A DNA stretch of 64,000 nt, taken from contig QPMI01000083.1 in the NCBI GenBank assembly GCA_004431415.1, forward strand, positions 36,495 through 100,494, read 5' to 3'. Below the pieces are notes generated by a model. The model did no database searches and was not told where the DNA came from. It saw only the letters and a program-made list of their open reading frames with translations. Below, piece by piece: positions 26,801-38,000 of this stretch. Position 1 is the stretch's first letter. Every line of letters starts with the position of its first letter. The translations under genes were made by a program, and so were the position numbers. The DNA comes from Cyanophora paradoxa CCMP329. Lineage: Eukaryota; Plantae; Glaucophyta.

Positions 26801-27170
26801 TTTTGGCGGTGCGGAGGACGCCGGCGTTGACCTCGTCGCGGACGCGCTTCACCGCCTCGCGCTGCTGCAGGTCCAGCACGTCGTCCACGGTCCACTGCGC
26901 GAAAACCGTCCCCACCGCCCACACCGCCGCCTGCGCATGCCGCGAGCCGCTAAGCTCTAGATCTGTGCATGCATATGCGCATCTATACGTGCTCTGAGAG
27001 CGAGCAAACAGGCGCACCGTGGTGACCAAGAGGAGCACCACGAACGGCACGGTCAAGGCGACCGCGATTCGGATTTTCATCGCCGGTAAAACGATTCGCC
27101 GTATATACGTAGCTTCTTTTGCGGCCGATGGAGGTCGCAAAAGACTCGCAATTGCAGAAGCAAGCGGCAA
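20706..27170 (-). CDS. Membrane hybrid sensor histidine kinase (TM, Cache-like sensor, HisKA, HATPase_c, receiver), multi-exon; start approximate
   Basis: H-box EFVRNMSHEIRTPLN. GDPVRLRQVL|INLASNAIKF (N-box). G2 box GAGIGLALSAAIVRELGGSIQVESEPDKGS. Receiver AEDNAFN..LCLM|DVQMPVLDG..PIVALSAN..GMDDFHAKP. N-terminal TM segment IAVALTVPFVVLLLV. Cache-like DRPWW and GVSASQPLVNSEGKQVGVM. Confidence 0.9.
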
Positions 27171-27984
27171 CTAAAGCCAGCGCCGCATGGAGCGTGACAT
27201 GCCAGCCTGCATGCGCAGCTGGAGCCCGGCGGCCGGCAGGCGACTGCAACTTCAATCGCGCTAGCTATAAATCTAGAGTCTCAGGTGCGGTTCGGGTCCG
27301 ATGAGCCCGCAGCGACTCGGCGAAGCTCCCGTGCCGCCGTGCGCTGTATTAACGTTGTTCGGAGCTTCAGCCTCGCGCGCGGCGGCCGCCGGCGGGCTCG
27401 CGCGCGCTACTCGACCGTTGAACTTCGGAACCGCAGAAGTGCACGGCGCTGCACGGCGGTGCACGCCGGACTCGGCGGCTCGGCCCAGTCGACTTGGCGA
27501 CGTCAGCGGCGGTCAGCTGCAGCCTGGCAGGGAAATTGGGGGGGAATGCAATTATATTCTACCGTACCGTAGACTGTGGTCCGTAGTACTACTAGGCTAG
27601 CTGCAGGCTGCAGGCTGCATGCGCAGGCTGCACTGCCGCTGCAGCCGCTCCAAATTGCACGCCCCGGGCCGGCCCGCGGGCCGCGGTCCGAGTCCCGGAG
27701 AGTGGCCCGGCCGGATCGACCGCCGCGCCGGACTCCGGGACCGCGGACTCGGGAGCACCATATATAGTATATATTATAATATATACGCGGACCGCGTTAC
27801 CCGCGTACGCGTACCGTGAAATTCGCGACAACTTAGTAATACCGTATACGTACGCGGACTCGTCGCGGAGTCGCGGACGTCGTTTAGAACCCTGAACCGA
27901 GCTCGAGGCTGAACGTCACACGGCGTACCGCCGCGTACGCGTTCAACGCGTACCGCGGCCGTAGAAGTTGTAGTCTTGTAGAAC

Positions 27985-28265
27985 ACATAAATTCCGCGCC
28001 CACTTAATTACCGCGGTACCAAATTACCGCGCCGAGAATTTGTTAAACTTGAAAACGCGGTAATATAATTTGGTACCGCGGTAATTACCTGCTGAGACGC
28101 CGCCGCATATAGTACCCCCCCAACATTACCGCCCCATATACGTACAAGCTAGCCTCAAATTTTTAAAACGCGGTAATTTGGTACCGCGGTATATTTAAAT
28201 TTGCTCTCTGGCGGGCCGGGTTTTAAAACGCGGTATTTTATGCCGCGGTAATTTAGTACCCCGCG
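27985..28265. repeat. Cluster of direct and inverted copies of (AAAA)CGCGGTAATTTGGTACCGCGGTA; possible DNA-transposon subterminal repeats
   Basis: AATTACCGCGGTACCAAATTACCGCG at ~28006, with reverse-complement copies at ~28066, ~28169 and ~28229. Confidence 0.6.
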
Positions 28266-29035
28266 CCGGGCCCGCGGCCCGCCGAGCTGCGGACTCCCGG
28301 GCCGGGAGCCTGCCCGGCCGCATGCAGTGCGCGGCGCCGGGGCCCGGGCCCGGGCGGCGGGCGGCGGGCGCCCGGCCGGGCGCCGCCGCCGCCGCGCCGC
28401 CGGCGCCCCCCCGGGCCCCGGCGCCGCCGGCGCCGAGTCCCAGGCTCCCAGCCTGGCAGAGAGGCCCAGAGAGTGGCAGAGACTGACTCAGTGATGAGTC
28501 AGAGAGGCCCAGAGAGTGGCAGAGACTGATGAGTCGCGAGCCTCGGAGAGTCGGCGAGACTCGCCTCGGCGCGAGCCGCGCGACTAGTATATATGTACTC
28601 GCGAGTCGGCGCGAGTCTTCGCGATCGCCAGCTGCAGTCGGCGACTCGGCGACTCTTCAGGCTTCGCGAGTCGCGACTCGCGAGTCACTGACTGCAGACT
28701 CTGAGAGTCTGACTCGCGACGCGATCGCGAGATTCGCGACTCTCCGTCGAGTCTCCGAGTCTCCGACTCTCTAGCCTAGAACGTTAATTAACGTATACGT
28801 AGATCATGATCTGATCATCTCCGCGGGCCGCGGCCCGCGGCCCCACGATGCCGGTCCACCGACGTACCGGTAGTGTCGGTTCATGATCACGTCGGTCAGT
28901 GACTCCCACTGACTCGGTGAGTCAGTGCTTTGATTTTCCCCAGTTTTTTTCCCTTTCTCAAGAGTCGAGTCTGGGGTACAAATTTTCCCGCAGGAAATTC
29001 AAGGAATTGGAAAACAATCCGGCTTATTCCTCAAT

Positions 29036-30314
29036 TTTTTTTTTGAGAGACTACGGTGGGGCGAACCCCCCGTAGGTAGTGATATTAAAGACAACAAAGC
29101 AATCACAAATCAAAGATACAGTAAACTAGCACAAAATATATACAGAATCAAGAGGGATCACGAGAAGGGACACGATCAGAAGAACGCAAAAGATAAGGAG
29201 AACGAGCACGAGGAGAAGGAGTAGAAGAGCTCAAGGGCGTCGATGCAGAAGTACTAGTCACACTAGAACGACGAGGAGCACGGGGACGCAGCAAATAAGG
29301 AGAACGAGCACGAGGAACTACAGTCGAAGACGAAGATCTAGACGAAGACGACAAGACAGAGCTAACAGCAGAACTAGAAGACGTAGTCGCAGGAGGCAAA
29401 GGCGGTAGAACAGTAGGAGAGGCGAAACGTAGGACACCACTAGAGGGGAAAGTCGAAGCTGGCGGAGTGTCTAAACGGAATCGAGATTGTAGAGTTGGTA
29501 AAACAATGGACGGCTGAAGACTAATCTGAGGAACTGGGGACGACACGAGGAAAGGGGCAGAGCTCGGGTGCAGACTCGGAATCGGCAGTATAAGAGGAGG
29601 GGCGAAACGCAAGCCAGTAGTGACAGGGAAGGCAGACGATGGGGCTGAACCAGGCGGGAGAGGCAAATATAGCGAAGTAGAAGAGAGAGAAGGGTACACA
29701 CGAGGAACGTCACCATACACAAAATACTCGCTGCCAAAAACTATACGGTCTGACGGTCGCTGAAGATAAAGAGGCGGAACTGCCTGAGGGCTAACAGTGA
29801 GAGATGGAGGAGGAAGAGGCAGAGCTAACGACAAAGGGAACGGAATCAAAGGTACAGGGAAGGCATGGAATACACGAGGAACTGGAAGGTGGAGGGGGCC
29901 AGTGCTCCTAACTAACATCGATGAAGCATCTGATGGAGGTGACGGCAAAACAACTGAGGGTAAACTAAGTTGAGGTGAAGCGAAGATTGATACAAGACTA
30001 TCATGAATCAAAGGGGGCCATGCAGGAACCGGCGGGCGAGGTGGATCTGGCGGGACAGCCAGAGGGGAAGCCGAAGGTACAGGAGAGGAAAGCCGCAGGC
30101 GCCGAGACACATGGACAGGGGACGGATCGGCATCGGGAGGCAAGGTTGAATTCGACGGAGACCGGGGGCGGCGGATTCGTGAAACGGAAGGTATCAGAGA
30201 AGGACTAGGGGGGGGCAGGGAAGTACGGAGCCGCTGAGCAGGTGGCGACGGTGAGGGTGCAGGGGAGCGATGAGCTCCGATCCGAGGCCGTAAATAAATA
30301 ATCACAAACAACGA
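29036..30314 (-). mobile_element. 5'-truncated non-LTR retroposon fragment with poly(A) tail, 3' hairpin and 14-bp TSD
   Basis: T10 at 29035-29044 is poly(A) on the minus strand. Hairpin CTACGGTGGGG-CGAA-CCCCCCGTAG sits beside it. TSD GCTTATT(C/T)CTCAAT at 29022-29035 and 30315-30328. Base composition shifts abruptly. Confidence 0.7.
29148..30311 (-). CDS. Ser/Pro-rich open frame inside the retroposon fragment, function unknown
   Basis: 387 open codons ending just before a T-rich 3' UTR and the poly(A). RARSPYLLR occurs twice. No recognisable domain. Confidence 0.35.
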   Translation of the reverse strand: MFVIIYLRPRIGAHRSPAPSPSPPAQRLRTSLPPPSPSLIPSVSRIRRPRSPSNSTLPPDADPSPVHVSRRLRLSSPVPSASPLAVPPDPPRPPVPAWPPLIHDSLVSIFASPQLSLPSVVLPSPPSDASSMLVRSTGPLHLPVPRVFHAFPVPLIPFPLSLALPLPPPSLTVSPQAVPPLYLQRPSDRIVFGSEYFVYGDVPRVYPSLSSTSLYLPLPPGSAPSSAFPVTTGLRFAPPLILPIPSLHPSSAPFLVSSPVPQISLQPSIVLPTLQSRFRLDTPPASTFPSSGVLRFASPTVLPPLPPATTSSSSAVSSVLSSSSRSSSSTVVPRARSPYLLRPRAPRRSSVTSTSASTPLSSSTPSPRARSPYLLRSSDRVPSRDPS

Positions 30315-30760
30315 GCTTATTTCTCAATGAGCTCCGATCCGAGGCCGTAAATAAATAATCACAAACAACGAGCACAAATAATCACAGGACGAGGAGGCTC
30401 GGAGGCTTGGAGGCACAAATAATCATAGGACGAGCAAATGAGGAGAACTTTGACGAGCCGCTGAGCATGCACGAGAAACTACAGTTCAAATAGCATGCAT
30501 ATGCATGCGCGCGTTTCAAACTGAACGGAGTTTGCGTCACGCCCCGCCCATTGTTAACTTCTTCCGCCAATGAAATTAGCCCAGCGCAAACTTGAGCTCG
30601 AACTTGGCCTCGTACACAGTGGCGTACACACGCGGCCACAACGGTCACAGTAACGGTCAGCAGGCCGGCTTGCTAGTCAGCTTCCCTCGGCTAGGCCGGA
30701 CTAGCTAGCTTCCCGCCATCGCGCACGCCCGAGCGCGAGCATTCCTGCACGCCGCCGTGC

Positions 30761-32760
30761 ATGAAGCAGTCAAAGCGAAAGGAACCCAGCCTCTGGGATG
30801 ACGGCTTCGACGAGGCCCGACGTCGGCACCGCTGGCACGGCAAGCGACCCGACAGCAGCAGCTCGTGGGCCGGCAAGGGCAACATGAAGCGTGTCAACAA
30901 GATCACTCAGCAGGCGCGCAAGGCGAAGGAGCCCAAGCTCCCTGACCTCGACATCCTCAAGGGCGAGCACCCCGCGGCAACGGTCCGCTGCCTGGACACC
31001 AGCGGCCGCGCCTACCACGTTCGCCTTGGCGACTTCGTCATCTGTTCAGTTAGCTCAGACACCCAGCTGTGTCCAGAACTCAGCGTCGTTCGCCCGAAGC
31101 CCTTCCATTTCCCGCGCCCAGGTGAAACGATTTTGGCGCGAGTCGAGGGCGAGTTCCCAACACAGACGAAGGCGAAGCGCGGCGACTTCAACTACTCCGT
31201 CAACGGCGTCATCCTTCGGCGCTTCGTGCGCCCGGAGGACTCCGATGTGAAGGACTGCGGGCTCGGCAGCGTGATCATCAAGGCAGACGGGGAGCAGGCA
31301 GCCGTGGCCATCGCAAACCACCTCATCTACTACTCGAACGTGACGGTCCGCCCGCCGCGCCCGCGCCCCGTTCCAGCGTCCGATGCCCGTGCGCGCAGGT
31401 TCACGCACTCGCGAAGGTGGTGGCCGCGGACGAGTACAAAGCCCTCAACCACGCCGATCCCCACATCTACGTCTGTAAGCAAATCATGACGTTCCCGGGC
31501 GACGGCTCCTTCCAGTTCGACGTCGCCCTCGCCTTCAACGCGAGGCTCAAGCGAGTGGCGAAGAAGAAGATGGCGTGCTTCCTCCGGCCGCTGTCGAGGC
31601 CGGAGGAGCGCGTGGAGGCGATTGGCTACCTTCAGGACGCCGCCGCGAACGCCCTCAAGCGCCGGAAGACCGGGACGCAGCTTGTCAACGTCAAGATCCC
31701 GGTGGCCGGGCCGGCAATGTTGGTCTGCGGCTCTTATGACTCGTTCGAAGTTCTTTTTCCTATCCTCTAACGGTGCGCATCGCAGGAGAACATCGTGGCG
31801 CAGGTCGCGCACGTCGCCACGCCCATCGACCCGAAGACGGGCCAGCCGATCCCGGTTGACAAGCTGCCGGCGGCGAATCGCTTCGTTATCGAGCTTCCGG
31901 ACCGCGAGACCGCTGCTGGTGGAAGCCGCTTCCTTTTTCCCGCTCGCTGTTCTTTTTCCGACCTCTTTGCAGCTGTTCTCGGTCCCTCCGGCGTGGCGCA
32001 AGCGTCCAAGCGCGTCTGCAAGCGGGACGCGGACGGGAAGGCGATCCGGAAGCACAGCGAGATGCAGACCGTCACCGTCGAGAAGGCGTACGGCGGCTTA
32101 ATCGTGCCGCGCCACACGGGCTCCCATGACGTCGTCCAGTTCGACGAGCGTGCGCCCGGCCCGCCCTCGCCGCGCCGCTCGCTTACGAAGCTCTGCTCCT
32201 TGGGCGCGGCAGGTCCCGGTCGGATCGTGGCCACGAAGCGCTCGGGCAGGAAAGGTGGGCACGTCACGCTCGAGCTTCCGAGCTACGAGTACGGCCCCGA
32301 CGGCGAGCGCATCGCCAGCCTCGCGGGGCCCCTCGCGGCTGTCCCCGTGAAGCGCCCGCACCGGTGCCGCGCCGGCGCCAACACCGTCGCCAAGGCGCCG
32401 CCTGTCCCCGAAGCAGCCCCTTCAGAACCTGCCGCCGCCGCCCTGCCGGCCCCCGCCGCCGCCGCCCTGCCGGCCCCCGCCGTCGCCGCCCCGCCGGCCC
32501 CCGCCGCCGCCGCCCTGCCGGCCGCCGCCGCCGCCGCCCCGCCCGCCCCCGCCCCGCCGGTCGCCGCCCTGTCGGCCCCTGCTGCTGCTGCCCACCGGCC
32601 GCTGCCGCCCTACCTGCCCCCGCCGCATCCGCCTCGGTCCCAAGTGCGCCCCTCCCCCTCGCCCCCGCTCGGCTACTTGCTCGCCTAATCCTGCAGCAGG
32701 AAGGATCGCGCGGCACAGCTCGCGGCCGCGGTGGCGGCGCGCAAGAGGGCAAAGTCGTGA
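30761..32760 (+). CDS. BAH-domain protein, multi-exon, convergent with the RAG1-like gene
   Basis: BAH-like motif series YHVRLGDFV, ILARVE, RRFVRPED, LIYYSN, KVVAADEY, IYVCKQ. In-frame GT-AG introns at 31346-31398 and 31723-31785. Pro/Ala linker. Likely stop TGA at 32758-32760. Confidence 0.68.
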
Positions 32761-32801
32761 AGCTGCTACTGAGAATCGCACTATCTAGGTTACAAGGTGC
32801 G

Positions 32802-33649
32802 CTATGTCTGGTCCAAATCCATTTCGTCTATTTCCCCCTCCGCTAGATCGTCTGCTAGAACCTCTGCTAGGGCCCTATCATCGAAATCGAGCATGTTGGC
32901 GCCCTCATCCTCCGCCTCCATCTCCTCCTCCGCCTCCTCCTCTGCCTCGGCGTCGTACTCGGCGGTCTCCTCCTCCCCCTCCTCCTCGTCCCCGCTCTCC
33001 TCGGGCACCTCGTCCTCCGGCACCGGATCCCCCTCCTGCAGCTCAATATCCTCGTCGATCTCCTCCTCGTCCGCAGGCAGGGGCACCGCTGCCACCTCCT
33101 CGCCCCCCGGCGGCGCCGCCGCCGCCCCTTCGCCCTGCATAGCCGCTGACCGGTGGGGACGGGCCGCAGGTCGGGGGATGAAGGGCCCATCTGGCCAGGC
33201 CTTGGCGGCGACGGGCGCGTCGTACTCGGCGTGGGCAGCGTCCTTCCCGCCGGCGCTCGCCTCCGTCATGTTCCGCATCCACAGCGCCAGGCGCCGCCGC
33301 TGGTGCGTCATGATCTGCTTGAGCATGTCGAGGTCCTTGTTCCACCCGCCACCGAGAGACGTGACGGTGTGTCGCAGGCGCCGAAGGAGGCCCATGTAGG
33401 ACTCGATGACCTCGCAGCTCCAACGGCCGGGCGCGTTCGTGTTGTCGACGCGCGCCCAGAACGCGAGGTGCGCAAGCGTCGAGTGCATGTAGCGTGTGAA
33501 GATCTTCCATAACGGGAAGTGTGTCTCCATCAGGCCCTGGAGCTCGGCGACGGCCTCGATAACTTGCTGCCGCGCCTCCTCGTCGGGCTTCATGTTCCGC
33601 TCGTACTGGTAGATGATCTGGCGGAGCTGCCAAATCTCGTGCATGCCCC
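32802..33649 (-). pseudogene. RAG1/Transib-like transposase, C-terminal part with an acidic tail; interrupted by the viral insertion
   Basis: FTRYMHSTLAH..GRWSCEVIESYMGLLRR aligns with RAG1 ITNYFHKTLAH..GAWASEGNESGNKLFRR (Zn-binding His pair and catalytic Glu). Confidence 0.8.
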
Positions 33650-33995
33650 ACTTGACTTGTGTGCATTACACCCAAAATTTAACGCATTTTATTTACGACA
33701 TTCAGTAACAACTTTACGATTTCCGATACAACATAATATCACCATCAAACAATCGATGAAATACCCATTTAATCGATGAAATACCCAATATACCCATTTA
33801 ATCGTAAAGTATCAAAGTACGACAATCGATGAAATACCCAATATACCCATTTAATCGTAAAGTATCAAAGTACGACAATCGATGATACACATAAAACAAT
33901 CGAGGAATTCCCATATTTCTCGATTGAATCGATAAAAACAACAACACATAAACCATTCACAGTTACACCCGTTACACCCATTTCACATTACACCC
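33650..33995 (+). repeat. Left TIR (346 bp, with two copies of an internal 53-bp unit)
   Basis: Reverse complement of 45284-45576 plus one extra 53-bp unit. Confidence 0.95.
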
Positions 33996-35041
33996 TTTCT
34001 TAAATTATACTTCTTCCTCACGGTTACTTTTCGATTCGGTTTAATTCCTTCCTTTTTCATCTTCTGATTCACAGCATTTACCTTTTTCACTCGTTCTATC
34101 CGTTTTTGCGACGGTATCTTAATTACGTCTTTCACATTCACCTTCTGTAACTCTTGCTTCTTAAAGCGTCTCTTTACTTCCTTCTCGTCTCCGTCCATGT
34201 CCTCCAACACCTTAAACCTATTCCCGTCAGATCTTCCGACTTTATAGACCTTCTGACTGAATCGCGCGCCTTCCTTTTCAAATGCACTTTTTTTACCTTC
34301 TAACACTCGCACAGTATCGCCCGGTTTTACTGTATCCCTCTTTTCCTTCTCTTGAATATGCTTATTATGCACAATATCACGTAGATGTATAAAAAGCTGT
34401 TTCTGATCACTTGCAAATACCGCATTGGGTGAATCGTCTTTTAAGGAACTATGAGGTGAACCATTGTAAATTGAAAGAACTTCACCGATTAAATCTATCC
34501 ACTTCGTGGTTCCCTTTGACGTCATCGCCTTCCTCAAATATTGCTTAAAAGTCCGTGTGAATCTGTCAATAATTCCCAACTTATTACCAACTGTTACATG
34601 GTCATCTTTCGCAACATCTGTGTATAATCTTACGCCGTTAGCATCACACCAATCTTTATAAATTGCGCTGCTAAATTCATGATCTCCCGCCAATCCATTA
34701 ACCTTACCTGCCTCAACCTTAAACTTATTCAAAATTTCGCGGATTTCTTCATTTTTCTTAAACGGATACACGAAAGCCTTCCGACTTAATATATCAATAA
34801 AACTTATCATCTTGTAAATCCCATTATTCGCGGTTTGATATCCTTTAAAATTCATTATGTCCACCTGGAACGAATAAGGCATAGCAACAACTCTTAGAAA
34901 TGTCTTCGGTTTCTTTGGTTTCTTAAATATCTGATGCACTTCCGAATTTATAAAACGTTTCTTTAATTCTGCTTCATCAAATGTCACTTTATCGTTTATC
35001 AACTTCTGCCGGTATTTCTTGTAAGATAACACGTTATCCAT
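33983..35041 (-). CDS. Retroviral-like (rve) integrase of Polinton type
   Basis: FQVDIM..ISFIDILSRKAFVYP..GDHEF..IIDRFTRTFK..WIDLIGEVLSIYNGSPHSSL, plus a C-terminal SH3-like KPGDTVRV..FSQKVYKV. The first ATG overlaps the upstream stop (TAATG at 35043-35039). Confidence 0.92.
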   Translation of the reverse strand: MDNVLSYKKYRQKLINDKVTFDEAELKKRFINSEVHQIFKKPKKPKTFLRVVAMPYSFQVDIMNFKGYQTANNGIYKMISFIDILSRKAFVYPFKKNEEIREILNKFKVEAGKVNGLAGDHEFSSAIYKDWCDANGVRLYTDVAKDDHVTVGNKLGIIDRFTRTFKQYLRKAMTSKGTTKWIDLIGEVLSIYNGSPHSSLKDDSPNAVFASDQKQLFIHLRDIVHNKHIQEKEKRDTVKPGDTVRVLEGKKSAFEKEGARFSQKVYKVGRSDGNRFKVLEDMDGDEKEVKRRFKKQELQKVNVKDVIKIPSQKRIERVKKVNAVNQKMKKEGIKPNRKVTVRKKYNLRKGVM

Positions 35042-38000
35042 TACTGCGCTGCGCAATTACACCTATTATGAGACAAGAAACAGTTCGGCTTAATGTGGGC
35101 GATTGCGTTGTTATAACGGTCTACTGTCGCATCTTCCGAATCCATAATATCGCCACACCTTCCACAGCGTCCATGCTGCTTACCAAAGCGGTAACCCTTC
35201 CATTCCCAATCAACGTAATCCGCCACATCAAACTCGCGGTTACACTTCTTGTCTTCCGCCTTGTGTGATCTGATCTTAACGGCAAACTCCGCCTTCTCCA
35301 TACCAACTCTCCGTTTCTCGTCCTCATCTACGAAAATCACAGTGTCAGAAAGTCTTTCGGTTCGCGTAACTGCAACATAGAAACTCTCAGCGGTCATGTA
35401 TGGCGAGGTCGTCTGATACACAACTACCCGTTTATCTCTGATAGTGTCACCTTGAATGCTGTAACAAGTGAAACCATGCGATAATGCGAAATATTTGATG
35501 TCTTCGGGCTTCGCATTATAGATTTCTTCGCTGTCGACATCTTTTAGCGTAAGAACCTTTTCGGCTTCGTATTTGATTACTTCATATTCAAATCCGCGAT
35601 AAATGATACCCTCATTTGTTGTGATTTGATACTTTGCAATCAAACGCACACCTTCCTCATAAACCATGTCAACACCGTAAAGCATCCTATGCATCGCATT
35701 ATTCACTTCCGCGGACTTGCGGTTAGATTGAACTATGGAAATGTCGCCTTTTTCCATTTCATTCACAACTGCAAGACCTAACCGCGCCGCTGCCTCCGGA
35801 ACACGCATTTTTGTAACGAATAGATCATGTTTTAATTGATCTATTTTAACCTGATCTTCGGGGTCTTTGTGTCGCTTTCCGACTTCTAAGTAAACCTCAT
35901 TCTTAAACAACCGGTCAAAGATCTTGTTATAGTAGTCACGATGGTCAATGTCGATAAATTGAATCGGTGGAATCTGGAATGGATCACCTGTAACGATATA
36001 CAACTTATCCGGAAAATGGATAGTCATAATGTCTCTCAGCGCCTCCAATTCGCGAATGGGGAACTGGTAAACCTCATCGATAACAAAGCACTGATACCGG
36101 GATAAATCAGTAACCTGTTTTCCTACGTTGTCATTCATCTTCTCGGGGTCGATATTCAGATGTAATGACTTGTAGATGGTCTTTACATCGACCATATCAA
36201 CTTCGCACCACTCCTTTTTTAATTCCATGCGTAGTTGCTTGCATCGAATGTTAGTAGGCGCAATGAAAAGACAGTTTTTACCATACTTCCGTGTCATCGC
36301 CTTCGCTAACGTGGTCTTACCTGTTCCGGGTTTAACACCTCGAATAATCACGTTACCCTTTCCTTCCATAGCATTCACGATGGCTTCCACGTCGTATTCA
36401 TCCTTGAACTTGAACACCTTATGGTTAACCTTCTCGACCGTAATAAACCTCTCGTCGCGCTGTTTCAGTCTGTCGAATGTGATCCACCCATTAGCATTAT
36501 TCCGCTTCTTCTTCTTTGACTGCTGCGACGCGATCGGAGCAAGATTAAACGGTTTCACGTCATACTTTCCGGTGTTCTCGAAAAGGTCACGGTCAAACGG
36601 CTCAAATGGGTATGGCTTGTCTATAAGAAACTCATCGGTTCTGATGCGTAGAACTCCGACACCATCAGCTCTTAGATCCTTAGCAAGTTTATACATGATC
36701 CCACGCATGATACTGTAAATCTGACACTGGATAGGTAGGAAACCATCTATAAGCATCTTCTCTTCTCCTTCCTGGTTTACATACCATAACATCGGTGTCT
36801 CCGTCTTTGCCTCATTCCTTACAGTCGTCCGCTTCGGCTTCTTTGAATCGAAATTTAGCGATCTCAGTTTACCGTCGTTCTCTTGGACAAAGTTAAGCGC
36901 GTCGTTCTTGTTAAAGAATATCGTCGTTTGGATTTTTCGCTGGGATTTCTTACCAAACTTCCCGATAGTATGATTACTGATATCCTTCTTTTCCTTGATC
37001 GAAAGATTAGACGCGAATAACTGTTTGAAAGCCTGCAACGTGACGTTTTTAACAACCCGGTATGGTCTTACCACTGCTTCGATAATCACATCGTCGCGGA
37101 TGTCATCGTAGAACTCTTTTAACACGGCACCATACAGAAGGTTAAATTTTGAGTCTACAAGGATACGTTTGTATTGCGACATGTTGTTAATCAATTGGTC
37201 TTTGCGATTTACCGTAAAGTGTTTTGCTCTTACTTTCACCGAATAGAAGGCGTCCACTTCGATATCATCGCTACATGTTACCACAACCTTTTCGAATCGA
37301 TCGAATGAACTAAACACCAAGAAGTTTATAATGCGTTTCGCTACGATATGTGTGTATGCTTTGGAGATATCCAATTTATGCGTATCGAATGCGCCAAACA
37401 TAATGTCTTCAAATAATTCCCGCAATTCAGCGGTAGAAGTCGCGAAAAACCCATTTAATGCGCTCTGTTGTCCTTTCGTGAATGCCGCGAATGTCTCAGG
37501 GTTGTATTTGCTCTTAACATTCCTGTTAATGAGCGCGCGATTCATCATCTGCGACATTTCGTTAAAGAGTTTCCGGTGTTCTTCATCCCTAAGGTTAACG
37601 TCAACATCATCCATATTTACCATGTTGCCGGGTGGTAATATACATACATCGATGTCTTCGATCTTGTAATGGATGTAGCTAACTATACCTTCATCGGAAA
37701 TAGTCGCGTTAACTTCGTGGTTCGCTCTTCTGAAACTCCCCAACAATTCGAATAACGGCTTACTGTAAGTGATCGTAACTTTTGTGGCGTTGTTCTCCTT
37801 CTCGCGTTTAACAATCTCCACTATTTCTTCCTCAGAGTATGCCGGATGGCTGATATCGTTAAACTGTGTTTTGATCTTGTATTTTAGCGACGATGAACCC
37901 ACCGCTTTGGTTTCACGCGCCGCTGTTCCATTGAAAGATCGCACAAGTTTACTAAGGTCTTTATTCAACACATACACGTGATCGTTAGAGATCTGAACGT

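Noticed and set aside
29047-29076. Hairpin followed by GTAG-T as a Helitron 3' end or a rho-independent terminator
   Set aside because: It lacks the CTRR end. The adjacent poly(T) and 14-bp TSD fit a minus-strand retroposon better, and the DNA is eukaryotic.
30761-32760. RAG2 orthologue
   Set aside because: No kelch repeats or PHD Cys/His pattern are visible; the motifs fit a BAH domain.
33043-33675. ORFs starting MGVMHTSQV at both viral ends (also 45551-46120)
   Set aside because: Artefacts of reading outward from the identical TIR ends into flanking DNA.
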